Assembly: GCA_010909165.1 (NCBI GenBank)
Contig: MU008165.1
Span: forward strand, 930,001-994,000
Reading direction: 5' to 3'
DNA from: Anthoceros angustus
Taxonomy: Eukaryota; Plantae; Anthocerotophyta
DNA: 64,000 bases
The stretch's first letter is position 1. The number at the start of each line of letters is the position of its first letter. This document shows positions 49,337 through 62,747 of the stretch, piece by piece. A program made the position numbers and the translations under genes. A model generated the notes under the pieces. It was not told the origin of the DNA and ran no database searches. It saw only the letters and a list, made by a program, of their open reading frames with translations.

Positions 49337-52300
49337 GTTGCCTCAAGAAACCGGGTGCATGTGGCAGACTCTGTTCGTGGTAGGATTTGGGGAATCCTGT
49401 GCTTAAATTTGTTCTACCACTCCTCCGATCCCAGCGCTTTACGGGAGTAGCAGAGATCCTTCTCATGCTGCTTTCCTCAAATGCGAAGATGGCAATCAAA
49501 ACGATCAGCAAGGCGATTGAGAACATGTCCAGCGCCTACGGTGTCGACACTCACCAACAAAGTTTACTATCCCTCCAATGAGCCGTTCACATGAAAAGGG
49601 TGTCATTCCATTGATCAAAAAAGGATGTCCACTACACACATCGCAAAATTGCACAGCTAGCATCAAACCCTATCTCCTACTGCGGCCTTCCTACGGCGCA
49701 TGCTCCGGCCCCCTATGCAAAAAACCAAAAAGCGTTGCTAATGCATCTCTCAGCACAAGGGATGACGACGACGCCTACTTCTCCTCGTCGTCCATGCGCT
49801 TGATCATCTGCCGGAGAACCTTAATTGTGCCCTCAATGGCCTCGGCCGGCATTCCGCTGACTCATTGCTCTCTGTCGGTCGGCGTCCTCCTAGCGCATCC
49901 GGGCATTGGGCGTCGGAGGCACCCGCCTTGCGCTTCCGCCGGACACCGTGGTTCTGACCAGGTCGCTTCCTCCCCTTGTGCTCGCCCTCCAGGAGTTGGG
50001 GTGAACTCCACTCCATCCTTCTTCTTCCGACATGGCCTCCGCCTCCGCCACCGGCCGCCGCTGCTCCTCCTCCTCCTCCTCGGTGTGCCGGATCTGGCCT
50101 CCACCGCCGTGAGCTCGCAGAACGCCTCCGCCTCCCCTCCTCCTCCTCCTCCTCGGTGTCGCGGATCTTTGGCCTCCACCGCCGTGAGCTCGCCTTGACA
50201 GCGCCTCCGCCTCCGCCTCCGCCTCCGCCTCCGCCTCCGCCTCCGCCCTGTCTGCTTAGCTCACGTCGAGATGCCGATGGGCGGTTATTCCTCCATACAC
50301 GGCCTTCCTACAGGCGCGTACTCCCCTATGCAAAAACCAAAAGCGTTGCTAATGCATCTCTCTCGGCAAGGATGGCGGCGCCTACTTCTCCTCGTCGTCC
50401 ATGCGCTTGATCATCTGTAGGAGAACCTTAATTGTGCCCTCAATGGCCTCGGCCGGCATTCCGCTGACTCATTGCTCTCTGTCGGTCGGCGTCCTCCTAG
50501 CGCATCCGGGCATTGGGCGTCGGAGGCACCCGCCTTGCGCTTCCGCCGGACACCGTGGTTCTGACCAGGTCGCTTCCTCCCCTTGTGCTCGCCCCTCCAG
50601 GAGTTGGGGTGAACTCCACTCCATCCTTCTTCTTCCGACATGGCCTCCGCCTCCGCCACCGCCTCCGCTCCTCCTCCTCCTCCTCCTCGGTGTGCCGGAT
50701 GCTGCCTCCACCGCCGTGAGCTCGCAGAACGCCTCCGCTCCTCCCCTCCGCCTCCATGGCCTCGCCTCCCCAGAGCCTCCGCCTAATCTGCTTCCGCTCC
50801 ACGCCGAGATGCCGCCACCGATGGAACTGGTTATTCCTCCATACACGGCCTTCCTCAGCGGCTGGCGCTCGGTCCACTCCCTGCCCGCGATCGCCCGCTG
50901 CGCGTTGGCTCGCCGTCAGCTCCAGCCTGGCGTCGCCCCTCCGCCTTCCGCATCCCGCCTCGTTCCCGCCGCCGGGCCCTCGTCGGCCTCGGTCTCGGCG
51001 GCGATCATCGCCATCCGCCACCATGGCGACCTCGGGCTCGGGCATGGCGGCGGCGACATATAATCGCCACCGCCATGCAGGCTCGGCCTCCGCCTCGGCG
51101 CGGCGCGTCGGCGACCATCCGCCATCTGTCCATCCCCTCGGTCTCGGCGGCGGCGATCGCCGCCATGGCGCCCGCCTCCACCCCACCGTCCCGACCTCTT
51201 CCATGTTGCCTTCCTCCTCGAGGATGGCAGCTCCGCCGGCAACCGAGGCGGGCTGCGCCCGCCATCGCTGGGGGCAAAGTGACCTCCCCACAGGGAGGTC
51301 GGAGGCCCTCCGCCCAATGTCGCCCCTCCTCCATAGCCATGGGGAGAGGCGAATGCCCTCCCCTCCTCCTCCTCCCCTCCGCCATGGCGGAGGACAATCC
51401 CCTCCGCCTCCGCCTCCGCCTCCGCCATGCAGGCTCGGCCTCCGCCTCCATCACCAGGGAGGCAAGGTGCCCTCCCCTTGATTGGGGCGACGTCCTCTCC
51501 CGCCGCCTTGATTGCCTCAAGAAACCGGGTGCATGTGGCGGAGACTACTGTGGTAGGATTTGGGGAATCCTGTGCTTAAATTTGTTCTACCACTCCTCCG
51601 ATCCCAGCGCTTTACGGGAGTAGCAGAGATCCTTCTCCGTTGCGCGTTTCCTCAAATGCACAGAAGATGGCAATCAAGAACAGTCAGGCAAGGCCAGTTC
51701 AGAACATGTCCAGGCCAGTTCACAGGTCGATACCTCACCAACAAAGTTTACGGTCCCTCCAATGAGCCGTTCACATGAAAAGGGTGTCATTCCATTGATC
51801 AAAAAAGGATGTCCACTACACACATCGCAAAATTGCACAGCTAGCATCAAACCCTATCTCCCTCTGCGGCCTTCCTACAGGCGCCCCCCTATGCAAAAAC
51901 CAAAAGCGTTGCTAATGCATCTCTCGGCAAGGATGGCGCGCCTACTTCTCCTCGTCGTCCAACGATCATCTGTAGGAGAACCTTAATTGTGCCCTCAATG
52001 GCCTCACGGTCGAGCATTCCAGCGGCTCATTGCTCTCCCCGGTCGGCGTCCTCTCCGGCGCATCCGGGCATTGGGCGTCGGAGGCACCGCCTTGGCCGCG
52101 CTTCCGCCGGACAGTGTCGACTCCTCGTGGTCGCGCTTCCTCCCCTTGTGCTCGCCCCTCAGGAGTTGGGGTGCTCCACTCCTCCTTCTTCTTCCGACAT
52201 GGCCTCCGCTCCTCCCCTTGATTGCCTCCCCCCCCTCCTCCTCCTCCTCGGTGTGCCGGATCTTTGGCCTCCACCGTGAGCTCGCGCGAACGCCTCCGCT

Positions 52301-55300
52301 CCTCCCTCCGCGGCCACGCCTCCCCAGAGCCTCCGCCCTAATCTGCTTCCGCTCCACGTCGAGATGCCGCCACCGATGGGCCCAGTTATTCCTCCATACA
52401 CGGCCTTCCTCAGCGGCTGGCGCTCGGTCCACTCCCCACCAGCGATCGCCGCCCGGCGCGCGTTGGCTCGCCGTCGCTCCAGGCGTCGCCCCTCCGCCTT
52501 CCGCATCCCGCCTCCGCTCCGCCACCGCCATGCCGCGAGCCTCCGTCGGCCTCGGTCTCGGCGGCGGCGCCATCGCCACCATGGCGACCTCGGGCTCGGG
52601 CATGGCGGCGGCGACATGGCCGCGCCATGCAGGCTCGGCCTCCGCCTCGGCGCGGCGCGTCGGCGACCATCCGCCATCCCCCATCCCCTCGGTCTCGGCG
52701 GCGACATGGCCTCCGCCTCGGCGTCGCCCCTCCGCCACCGCCTCCGCCTCTTCCATGTTGCCTTCCTCCTCGGGATGGCAGCTCCCTCCAGGCGGGCTCT
52801 GCCCGCCATCGCCGGTGGGGAGGCAAAGTGACCTCCCCACGAGGAGGTCGGGCGGCTCCCTTGTCTCCTCCATAGCCATGGGGAGAGGCGAATGCCCTCC
52901 CCTTGTGCCTCACCGCCTCCATGGCGGGGAGGCAGGCCTCCCCTCCCCGCTCCCCGGCCCCGGCCACCTGGCGCCTCCGCCATGGCGGGGAGGCGGCCTC
53001 CGCCTCCCCTTGATTGGAGGCGCATCCCCTCCGCCTTGTCTCCATCGACATGGGGAGGCGGTCAACCTCCCACCTCTGCCCTCACCCGCCATGGCGGGGA
53101 GGCAGTCTCCCGCTGCGGCCCGGACTCCGCCTTGCCTGGCGCCTTCGCCATGCGGGCGAGGCCAGCCTCCCCTTGCTTGGAGGCGGCGTCTCCGCCCTCC
53201 TCGCCCCGCCTCAGCGACATGGGGAGGCAAGGTGCCCTCCCACCTCTGCCCTCACCGCCATGGCGACCTCGGGCATGCCAAGGGGAGGCAAGGTGCCCTC
53301 CCCTCCTCCTCCTCCCCTCCCCATGTCCCCCTCTTCCTCCGCCTCCATCACCAGGGAGGCAAGGTGCCCTCCCCTCCGCCATGGCGGAGGACAATCCCCT
53401 CCGCCATGGCGCTCTTCCTCCGCCTCCATCACCAGGGAGGCAAGGTGCCCTCCCCTCCTCCTCCTCCTCCTCCTCCCCTCCGCCATGGCGGAGGACAATC
53501 CCCTCCGCCATGGCGCTCTTCCTCCGCCTCCATCACCAGGGAGGAGAGTCCCCTCCCGTTGCGCCCCGCCTCAATCGCCATCGCCATGGTCAAGGAGGAG
53601 GGGCGTAGCTCTCCCGCCTCCTCCCCTCTGCGCGCCCGCCGCCATGGGGAGGCAGGTGCCCTCCCCTCCGCCATGGCGGAGGACAATCCCCTCCGCCATG
53701 GCGCTCTACTTCCTCCGCCACCGGTAGTTGCTCCCCTCCTCCTCCTCCCTCGGTGTCGCGGATCTTTGGCCTCCACCGCGTGAGCTCGCCTTGACAGCGC
53801 CTCCGCTCCTCCCCTCCGCCTCCGCCTCCCGAGCCTCCGCCCCTGTCTGCTTAGCTCACGTCGAGATGCCGATGGGCGGTTATTCCTCCATACACGGCCT
53901 TCCTCAGCCGGCTGGCGCTCGGTCCACTCCCTGCCCGATCGCCGCCCCGCTGCGCGTTGGCTCGCCGTCGCTCCAATGGCGTCGCCCCTCCACGCCTTCC
54001 GCATCCCCTCGTTCCATCGCCGAGCCTCCGTCGGCCTCGGTCTCGGCGGCGATCATCGCCATCGCCATCCCGCCACCATGGCGACCTCGGGCTCGGGCAT
54101 GGCGGCGTGAACATGTACTGCCCGCGCCATGCGCTCGGCCTCCGCCTCGGCGCGGCGGCGGCCATCGCCATCCCGCCATCTGTCCATCCCCTCGGTTTCG
54201 TCGTGGCATCGCCCCTGCGTCGGCGTCCTCCACCCCACCGTCCCGACCTCTTCCATGTTGCCTTCCTCCTCGAGGATGGCAGCTCCGCCCGCCGAGGCCA
54301 AGGCGGGCTGCGCCCCGCCGCCATGGGGAGGCAGGTGCCCTCCCCTTGCTTGGAGGCGGCGTCTCCGCCTCCGCCCAATGTCGCCCCTCCTCCATAGCCA
54401 TGGGGAGAGGCGAATGCCCTCCCCTGTGCCCTCACCGCGCGCCTCCATGGCCGGGGAGGCCAGTGCCCTCCCCTCCTCCGCCTCCACGCCTTCCGGACTG
54501 CGGACCCAGCGCCTCCACGCCCCTGCCCTCCCCTTGATTGGGCGCGGGCGTCTCTGCCCTCCGCCTTGTCTCCATCGACATGGGGAGGCGGTCAACCTCC
54601 CACCTCTGCCCTCACCCGCCATGGCGGGGAGGCAAGGTGCCCTCCCGCTGCGGCCGGACTCACCCCTGCCCCTGGCGCCTCCATCGCCGGGGCGAGGCCA
54701 GGCCGCCTCCCCTTGCTTGGAGGCGGCGTCTCCGCCCTCCGCCCCGCCTCAGCGACATGGGGAGGCAAGGTGCCCTCCCCTCCTCCTCCCCTCCGCCATG
54801 GCGCTCTTCCTCCCGCCTCCATGGCGGGGAGGCAAGGTGCCCTCCCCTCCTCCTCCCCTCCGCCATGGCGCTCTTCCTCCCGCCTCCATCACCAGGGGAG
54901 GCCGCCCCTCATGGCGCCCCGCTGAAGCCCACCGATCTCTGCATGAGGCCACAGTGCCCATTGCTCCCGCTGCGCCCGCCGCCCCTCACCTCCTACCCAT
55001 GCCGCCGGGGATGGCAGTGCCCGCCACGCGCTTTTGCCGCCGCCCCTCGTGGCAGCCTCCATCACCGGGGAGGAGAGTCCCCTCCCGTTGCGCCCCGCCC
55101 CAATCACCGCCGCGCATGGTCAAGGAGGAGGGGCGTAGCTCTCCCGCCTCCTCCTCGCGCGCGCCGCCGCCACGCCTCCGGCCGTGCCGCCATGGCGGCG
55201 GGACAATCCCCTCCGCCATGGCGCTCGCCCCCCACTCCCGCCACCGCCATGGCCGCCGCCATGGTCAGGAGGAGGGGCGTGGCCTCCACCATGGCTCCGG

Positions 55301-55480
55301 CCCGGCCGCCTCCGCCTCCCGCTTCCCGCCACCATCCCCGCTCCTCCTCCATCGCTCTTTGCCCTTCCACGCCCGAGGTGCCCTTTTCTTCACTCCCCTT
55401 GCGCCTTCTCGCTCCCTACTTTCCTATTGCGTGCACTTCCTCGGCGCCTCGGTGTCGGCGTTGGCGACTCCTCGCAAGCT
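49337..55480. repeat. Hierarchical GC-rich low-complexity repeat block, probably TE-derived
   Basis: ~530-bp module at 49337 recurs at 51511; GCAAAAACCAAAAGCGTTGCTAATGCATCTCTC-like motif at ~49716, 50330 and 51893; dense CCTCCG and CCATGG motifs. Confidence 0.8.
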
Positions 55481-56769
55481 AGGGTTCAATTGCACGCCCC
55501 GTGTCTCAGAATGGCCGCCGCCCATTTCGCTCCCAATTTCCCTCCATGCGGTGTCTGAAATGGGTAGCTGCGGCGTGCCCGCCACACCGCCGACCATGAA
55601 CTCCATCCACCACCCTCAGTGACAGAACCGGATGGCAACCAAAAATTATGTCTCCGCTATTTGTCAACCCTTTGGCCTTCCTTACATTACGTGTATGTAG
55701 CCAACTCCTTTCCTCTTCACATGACATTCGCGATGGGCGTATCTTGGGCCCAAAACACGGCACTATTAGAATCATTATTTGGGGTTTCTACCAATTGCAT
55801 ATCATCACTTTATCCGGGTTAGTCTCGGTCCATAAGCAGTGCGGCTGCCACCGCCACTATTACTACCATTGCCACTACTGCACAGCATGGCAAGCTCATA
55901 ACTGTGGCTGCATAGCAAGCTAAAAAAACAACAGCAAAAGTGTAGCTTCTGCTAGACCCCTTCCCGCTCGCGTCGCACCGAAGACACCTCGTCCCAACGT
56001 TCTCCCCGTCTTCCATGGCACTCCCCGCCTCCTCCACCGCCTTCCGTTCCACAACGGCCATCCCCGCTTGGGCCACCACTCGTCCTCCCCCGATTCCTTG
56101 CCCTTTGTCCCACCGGTGCTTCACCTCCTTGGCCACGAGCATGTGACGGACAACAACCTGCTTTGCATCTGTGTGTGTTGTGATCGTTAAGCCGCACTGT
56201 AAGTCCTCCTTCAGCCTTCGCACCACCTCCTTGGCGTTTCCACTAGCCACTCGCACCTCCTCGCCCGAACCACGATGTGCAGCGCGGAGCGGCAACCACC
56301 GTTCTATGCGATCGTCGCCGCCTGTCTCCGCCCCTTCCGCCATTCTTCGTCGGCCGCTTCCTGCTCCTCTTTCCCTTGGTATGGCCAAGTTCGTTCTACC
56401 CATCTCAGCAAGTTCTGGCTTCACGTTCACCCCGTTGTGGAACCAGTAGTGAGACGGGTTCTTGCCGTTCCTTGCATGACTTGGACTCCACAACCTTGAG
56501 AACAATTGTCATGTACTTGCAACGCGTGGTGCGGTGATAGTGTCGCCGCTTCATTCAGCTATTCGGTGATTTATACACCACCCGATCCCCGTATGTCCTT
56601 TCGCCATGGCGGAAATCGCATTGGAAATGCCGCAGGTAACCTACCCTCATCACAAAGCTATGGCAACCTGCAGTTCCCTGCAGTTAAAACCTAGTTAACA
56701 AGCCCACACAGCCTTAGCTCGTCTCCACTTTGATTCAAAGATGCAACAACCCAAGTGCAGTCATGCAGG

Positions 56770-58420
56770 ACAACGTATTGGCATGCATCCTGGAAAAACG
56801 TCCTTCGCCATAGGCCAAGGATTTTTGTCCACGATGCATGCAAACATTGCCATTGGGCTAGGATAGCGGAGGGAAAAACCGGAAACCAACTTTGCAAGCA
56901 CCATGTTGGTTTTTCACGTTATTCCTACATATATAGACATGTATGATATAACTATTTCAAAGACCAGGTCATGAACAATGACTTCTACCATAGGCCAAGG
57001 ACCCTTTTCAATGATGCATAGAAAAAAAATTCCATTGGCCAAGCATACAGAAAGGGAAAAAATAGAAGGCAAATTTTCAATGCATCCTGGAAAAAGTTCA
57101 TTCGCCATGGGCCAAGGAACTTTGTCGAGGATGCATGGAAAAAATTGCCACGGGCGAAGAATAGAAGAAGACAAAACCAGAACAGAACTTCACACATAAC
57201 ATGCAGGTTTACGGTGTTATTCCTGCACATATATAGACATACATGATATACCTCAGTTCAAAGACGAAAACATTAATAGTCACATGTACCAAAGGCCAAG
57301 GACCCTTTTCCCACATGCATGGAAAGAAAATTTCATTCGCCAAGCGAACAAAAGGGAAAAAATGAAAAGTATTTTTCAATGCATCCTGGGAAAAGTTTCT
57401 TCGCCATAGGCCAAGGAACTCTGTCCAGGATGCATGGAAAAAATGCGATGGGCGAAGGCTACAGGAAGAAAAAACTACAACACAACGTCTCACATATCAT
57501 GCAGGTTAACGGTGTTATTCCTGCATATATAGACATACATAATATACCTTAGTTCAAAGATGAAGACATTACCAATCACTTCTACCAAAGGCCAAGGACC
57601 CTTTTCAATGATGCTTCGAAAGAAAAACCCATTTGCGAAGCATACACAGGGGCAAAAGCAATAGGCATTTTTCGCATGCATCATGGACAAAGTTCATTCG
57701 CCATGGGCCAAGGAACTTTGTTAATGATGCATGGAAAACATTGCCATGGACGAAGGATAGAAGAAGGCAAAACCAACACAACTCATATCATGCGAGTTAA
57801 CGGTGTTATTCATTCGCATATATAGACATACATAATATACCTTAGTTCAAAGATGAAGACATTAATCACTTCTACCAAGGCCAAGGACCATTTTCAATGA
57901 TGCTTCGAAAGAAAAACCCATTTGCGAAGCATACACAGGGGCAAAAGCAATAGGCATTTTTCGCATGCATCATGGACAAAGTTCATTCGCCATGGGCCAA
58001 GGAACTTTATTAATGATGCATGGAAAACATTGCCATGGGCGAAGGATAGAAGAAGACAAAACCAGAACACAACTTGTCACATATCATGCAGGTATACGGT
58101 GTTATTCCTGCATACATAGACATACATAATATACCTCATTTCCAAGACGAAGACATGAACAGTCACTTCTACCAAAGGCCAAGGACCCTTTTCATTGATG
58201 CATGGAAAGAAAAACCCATTCGCGAAGCATACAAAAGGGCAAAAAAAAAAGGCAGTTTTTCATTGCATCCTGCACAAAAGTTCCTTAGCCATAGGCCAAG
58301 GAACTTTGTCGAGGATGCATGGAAAATTTGCCTTTTGGCAAGGATAGAGGAAGAAAAAACTTGAGCACATCTTGTGAAGCAGCATGATCGGTTTCCTCCT
58401 TATTCCTACATATATATCCA
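56770..58420. repeat. ~295-bp tandem repeat, ~5.5 copies
   Basis: GTTATTCC-TGCA-TATATAGACATAC motif at ~56915, 57212, 57512, 57802, 58099 and (degenerate) 58400. Confidence 0.9.
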
Positions 58421-59609
58421 TATATTATATACCTACCTTTCTATGACGCAAGCATGTCCTATCACTCCTACTATAGGCCAAAGGCCAAGGAACTAGACAT
58501 ATATGTTATTTATGTCTATATATGCAGGAATATAGGCATATGTGCACATGCTCTACACGCCCCTTCGCTAAACCAAAGATGTTTTACCTTTAAATCTACT
58601 ACCATCCAACTACTGACATGCACATATGGGAAGGGCATGCCTAGCTATAGTATATGTACCACTAACTTCCTTTGCTTTGGCGATTGAAACATCATGCATG
58701 ATGTTCCATTCTGTGAAAAATCCCGAAGGCCAAGGATGTCATGTCTTTTGTAGTGTATGTCTCACTACCTTCCTTGGCCTTTGCCATCCAAACATCATGC
58801 ATGATGTTTCCTTCTTTCAAATATCCCAAAGGCCAAGGATGTCATGTCTTCTGTAGTATATGTACCACTATCTTCCTTGGCGTATGCAGATTGGAACATC
58901 ATGCATGATGTTACCATCTTTTTTGGGCCTTATAGTATGGCCCAAAAACTGGCCATACTATACATGTGTGAACAAAAAAATATCATACTTAAAATCCATC
59001 TGTTTATTCCGCCATCCATTCAAGTTCTCATATGCCAGGGACAAATTCACTATATATGCTTGGGTTCGGGGCTGTAGACTGTATGGAAGAAGTGATATGA
59101 CATAAACCGCAATTCGTTACGACGAAAACGGGGCCGTCCGTGATCATGTCAGAATCCCGCGTTCATATGAAAAGACCGATATTTTGAAGAGCAGGCGACG
59201 CAAACCGCCAGTTCACGACCGTGAGCGGTGCATGTATCATGGCCCCTGTTTGCTGAAGATGTGAACCGCGTCCTCCCCAAGCGTCGCGCGGGCCGCATTC
59301 CTGTCTACGGCCTCCTGTCGCGGTCCCTCTGCACCAGATTACTTCAAACATAAAAAACGCGTCTTCTAGAAGGGCGCGTTTAAAGCAGCATGTCCTGATC
59401 TCTAGCGTCTGGCCTTAAACAATGCGGACATCCGACGAGGTGCATGCTGGAGACGGCGGCACGAGCGGCGCGTCCAGCTCCGTCTTTCCGTTCTAATGAA
59501 TGTCCCATGTCCCCGTACAGCGCACAGAGGCGGGCATTTGCTGTTAATGCTAAGCGGGGTTTGAGGCGTTTGGGGGCGCGACTCACGAAATAATGGCCCT
59601 CTGCACTCT

Positions 59610-62600
59610 TGTCATGCAGAAAGATTGTGAAGATGGGGAGACGGCGCTCCGTATCTTCCTTCAGCCTCCGCCGGCGGCTGGTCCTCCATCAGCAGACGGA
59701 CTTCGCCCTCCGCCTCGCACCACTCGGAAATCGCGGAGCCGGAGGCCGGACCAGGCACCCATCTAATTCGTGGATCGCACCAATCCAAGTGAAAACATGG
59801 CGAACGAGGAGAGGCCGAGCGCCGGCCCCGAATGCCGTCGATGGCGGTGGCGACATTCTCGAGATTGGGTGAACTCCGACGAGAGGATGCAAATGTCTTC
59901 CAAACAAATCTAACGCCAAGGTCGTCCTCATCGCGTTTGCAAGCGTCCTGCACGCCTGCTAGATTTCTCAGTGCGCGAGGCAATCCGCAAGGCCCCTCCG
60001 GTGTTGCGGACATCCGGCGAGGTGCATCTTTGGAGGCGGCGGCGCGGCGGCGGCGGCGGCGGCGGCGCGGCGCGAAGGTACCTTCCGGACAAGTGAGGGG
60101 CGGTGAGGCGGTGCATCTTCCCTCCACGGCGCCGGAACCTGCAATGGTGCGGGCGGCGATGGGAAACATCCCCCTCACACAACGCCGCAATCACCCGATT
60201 ATGGTTCCTGGCGGGGGAAGACGGCAGAGAGGGCGCGCGTCTGGGAGTGCGCAGGGCCGCATGCACATGAAGAAGCTCGCTATCACTGTTCCGCAGAACC
60301 GCATTTACGAGGCCATCCACTTGGGACCAGAGGCTGATGGGGTGAGGCGGTGCATCTTCCCTCCGCGGCGGTGGTCCTCCATCAGCAGACGGACTTGGCC
60401 CCTCGCCCTCTCGCACTTTGTCATGCGAAATCGGAGCTGAGGCCGTCCAGGCACCCATCTAATTTACGGTGCACCAATCCAAGTGAAAACATGGCGAGGA
60501 GAGGCCGAGTGCCGCCCAATGTCGTACGGCGATGGCGACGACATTCTCGGAGATTGGGTGAACTCCGACGAGAGGATGCAAATGTCTTCCAAACAAATCC
60601 CCCGCCAAGGTCGTCCTCGCCAGCGTTTGCAAGCCCCCGCACGCTAGAATTCTCGGCGCGAGGCAATCCGCAAGGCCCCTCGGTGTTGCCGACACCGCCA
60701 CCGGCGCGGACCGCCGTGGCGTGTCGATTGCGAGCTCGGCGTCGCGGGCGCGAGCGTGGCGTACCTTCCGGGGCGGTGAGGCGGTGCATCTTCCTCCACG
60801 GCCGAACTCGCAACGCGGCGGCGATGGAACATCCTCACACAACGCCGCAATCACCCGATTATGGTTCTGGCGGGGAAGGCGGCGAGGCGGAGGCGGCGCA
60901 GGGCGCATGCACATGAAGAAGCTCGCTATCACTGTTCCGCAGAACCGCATTTACGAGGCCATCCACTTGGGACGAGGCGATGGGAGGCGGTATGTCGGAG
61001 GTTGCTGTGCGGTGCAGTGGTTGAGTTGCACGTACCGGCTGCCATGCTTATGGGAGCGAGGTATGATGGTTCCGAGTTTGATCCGGGGGTGGCGGCGCAC
61101 TGCGTGGACGGTGGCGCCTCTTCCGCCTTCCCCGCAGACTTTGGGCCTGGTTGCTTCATCGGCGGTCGAGGTGCAAGCCCGCGATTCTGCGGTCCTCACA
61201 GATGACCCGCTCACTTTCCGGGAAACACTGCATCACAGGCGCTCACGTTTTGCAAGGTGCGCCGTTGTATGTCTGGGATCCTGTATCCCAGATGATGCCG
61301 TTCATGGTCCGCAACTACCGAGAAAAAGCAGGGGTCTTGGAAGAGGAGGATGGAGCCTGCGGCGTGGAAGTGGATGTCGACGGAGATGATGTACACTGCG
61401 TGGAGCGACATGATCGATCTCGCGGCCGGACGCCAGATCCGACACCAAGTGGCTTCAGGCGACATCACGACCTCGAGGCACAGGCACCGCAGGGGCCTTC
61501 GTGGTGATTGACGATTCCGCAGATGAAAGGACGGCGGCGCCCACCGCTGGGCGATGGACGTCATTGGAGCCTCCAAAGGCAACGCCGCACGCGCCATCCG
61601 CCATCGGCATCAATTGCAGAAACTTACGAGCGGCTGGTTGCGGCGTGGCAGTCTACTTCCGTTCTCCTAGAGGCTGCGAAGAAAGTTGCCAGACATCTCC
61701 CCTTCGCGAAATGGAATGCTCGAGCGCGTGAGGCCAAAATGCCGACATCCCGCGGCGCGAGAGGAGTGCGGATGGGGAATCCGGACCACGCTGTGGTGTT
61801 GACCGAATTGCACTCGATTATGGAGAAGGCGACAGGGACATCGGATAGACACGGGAGGGGGTTGGTGCGACAGCTGGTCGGTGTCCCGGGGTTGGAGCTT
61901 TAGATGTGGGGACAATAGAAAGCTTCATCGCTGATCGCACTTCGCCCGCGGCGAGGCTCCTGAAGCTGCTGGAAGACGTGGACCTGGCCCTGGATCTAGG
62001 GGCCATAGAGCCTGAGGACTTGCTGGAGACATGGGCCTCAACCAACCTGCGCCACTCTGTTTGCCCGAGGCGGAGACGGTTGGGGGGGCCGACTCGCCGC
62101 TGCATCGGCCAGGCATGGCGGCAATTATGGCAGAATCCCATGTTCATGAACTGCGTGTTCGAGGCGAGGGACAACCCCGGGGGCTCGGGGACACTGCACC
62201 ACATCAAAAAGGGGAAGTCCATCTTGCGGATGAGCGAATGTGTGGTGAGTCGCGTGTGTTTGGAGTGTTCATCATAACCTGCAGACCTTTCATTCTAACA
62301 CATAGGCCTCGACTCACAGGCACGGTTCTTTGGCTACCTTGTGTACATGGTCTTGTGACCGTGCGTAAGTGTCATGCCCCATGGCCAGTGGCCACAATTA
62401 CTGCCCGCCCAGCGGCCCGGATGGGCCAGGCGTGCACAAGGTGTGGCAAGATGCGCTGGGCTCATCGTTCTTGAGGAAGGCCTTCAAGTCGGACATGAAA
62501 GCCTGCTACTCGGAGGTGATGGGTGTGTTGTCTTTGCTGAAGAAGGCCTCGTGGGCAAGTGCAGACCGTCAACATGCGGCCATCAAGGAGGCGGTTGCCC

Positions 62601-62747
62601 TCATCACGGCTGGGGACTCGGAGTTTTTTCGACATTTTGCACGGCTTCGTCCTGGACCGCAGTTGGGCATGGAGGTGAGCATGGTGGAGGAGAGGCTAAC
62701 TGAGGAGCTCTTGTTTAAAAAGTGCTTGCATGTTGGAGGGCTTGTCG
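59610..62747 (+). other. Fragmented uncharacterised coding region with a ~700-bp internal duplication, interrupted by a copia LTR
   Basis: 59610-60340 is repeated at 60340-60970 (GRMHMKKLAITVPQNRIYEAIHLG twice). Long plus-strand ORF pieces 61906-62277 and 62369-62747, with GTGAGT/GTAAGT donor-like sites between them. Confidence 0.35.

Noticed and set aside
49578-55622. Many long ORFs (up to 598 aa) on both strands
   Set aside because: Stop-poor GC-rich repeats give ORFs in all frames; low-complexity products with no domain motifs.
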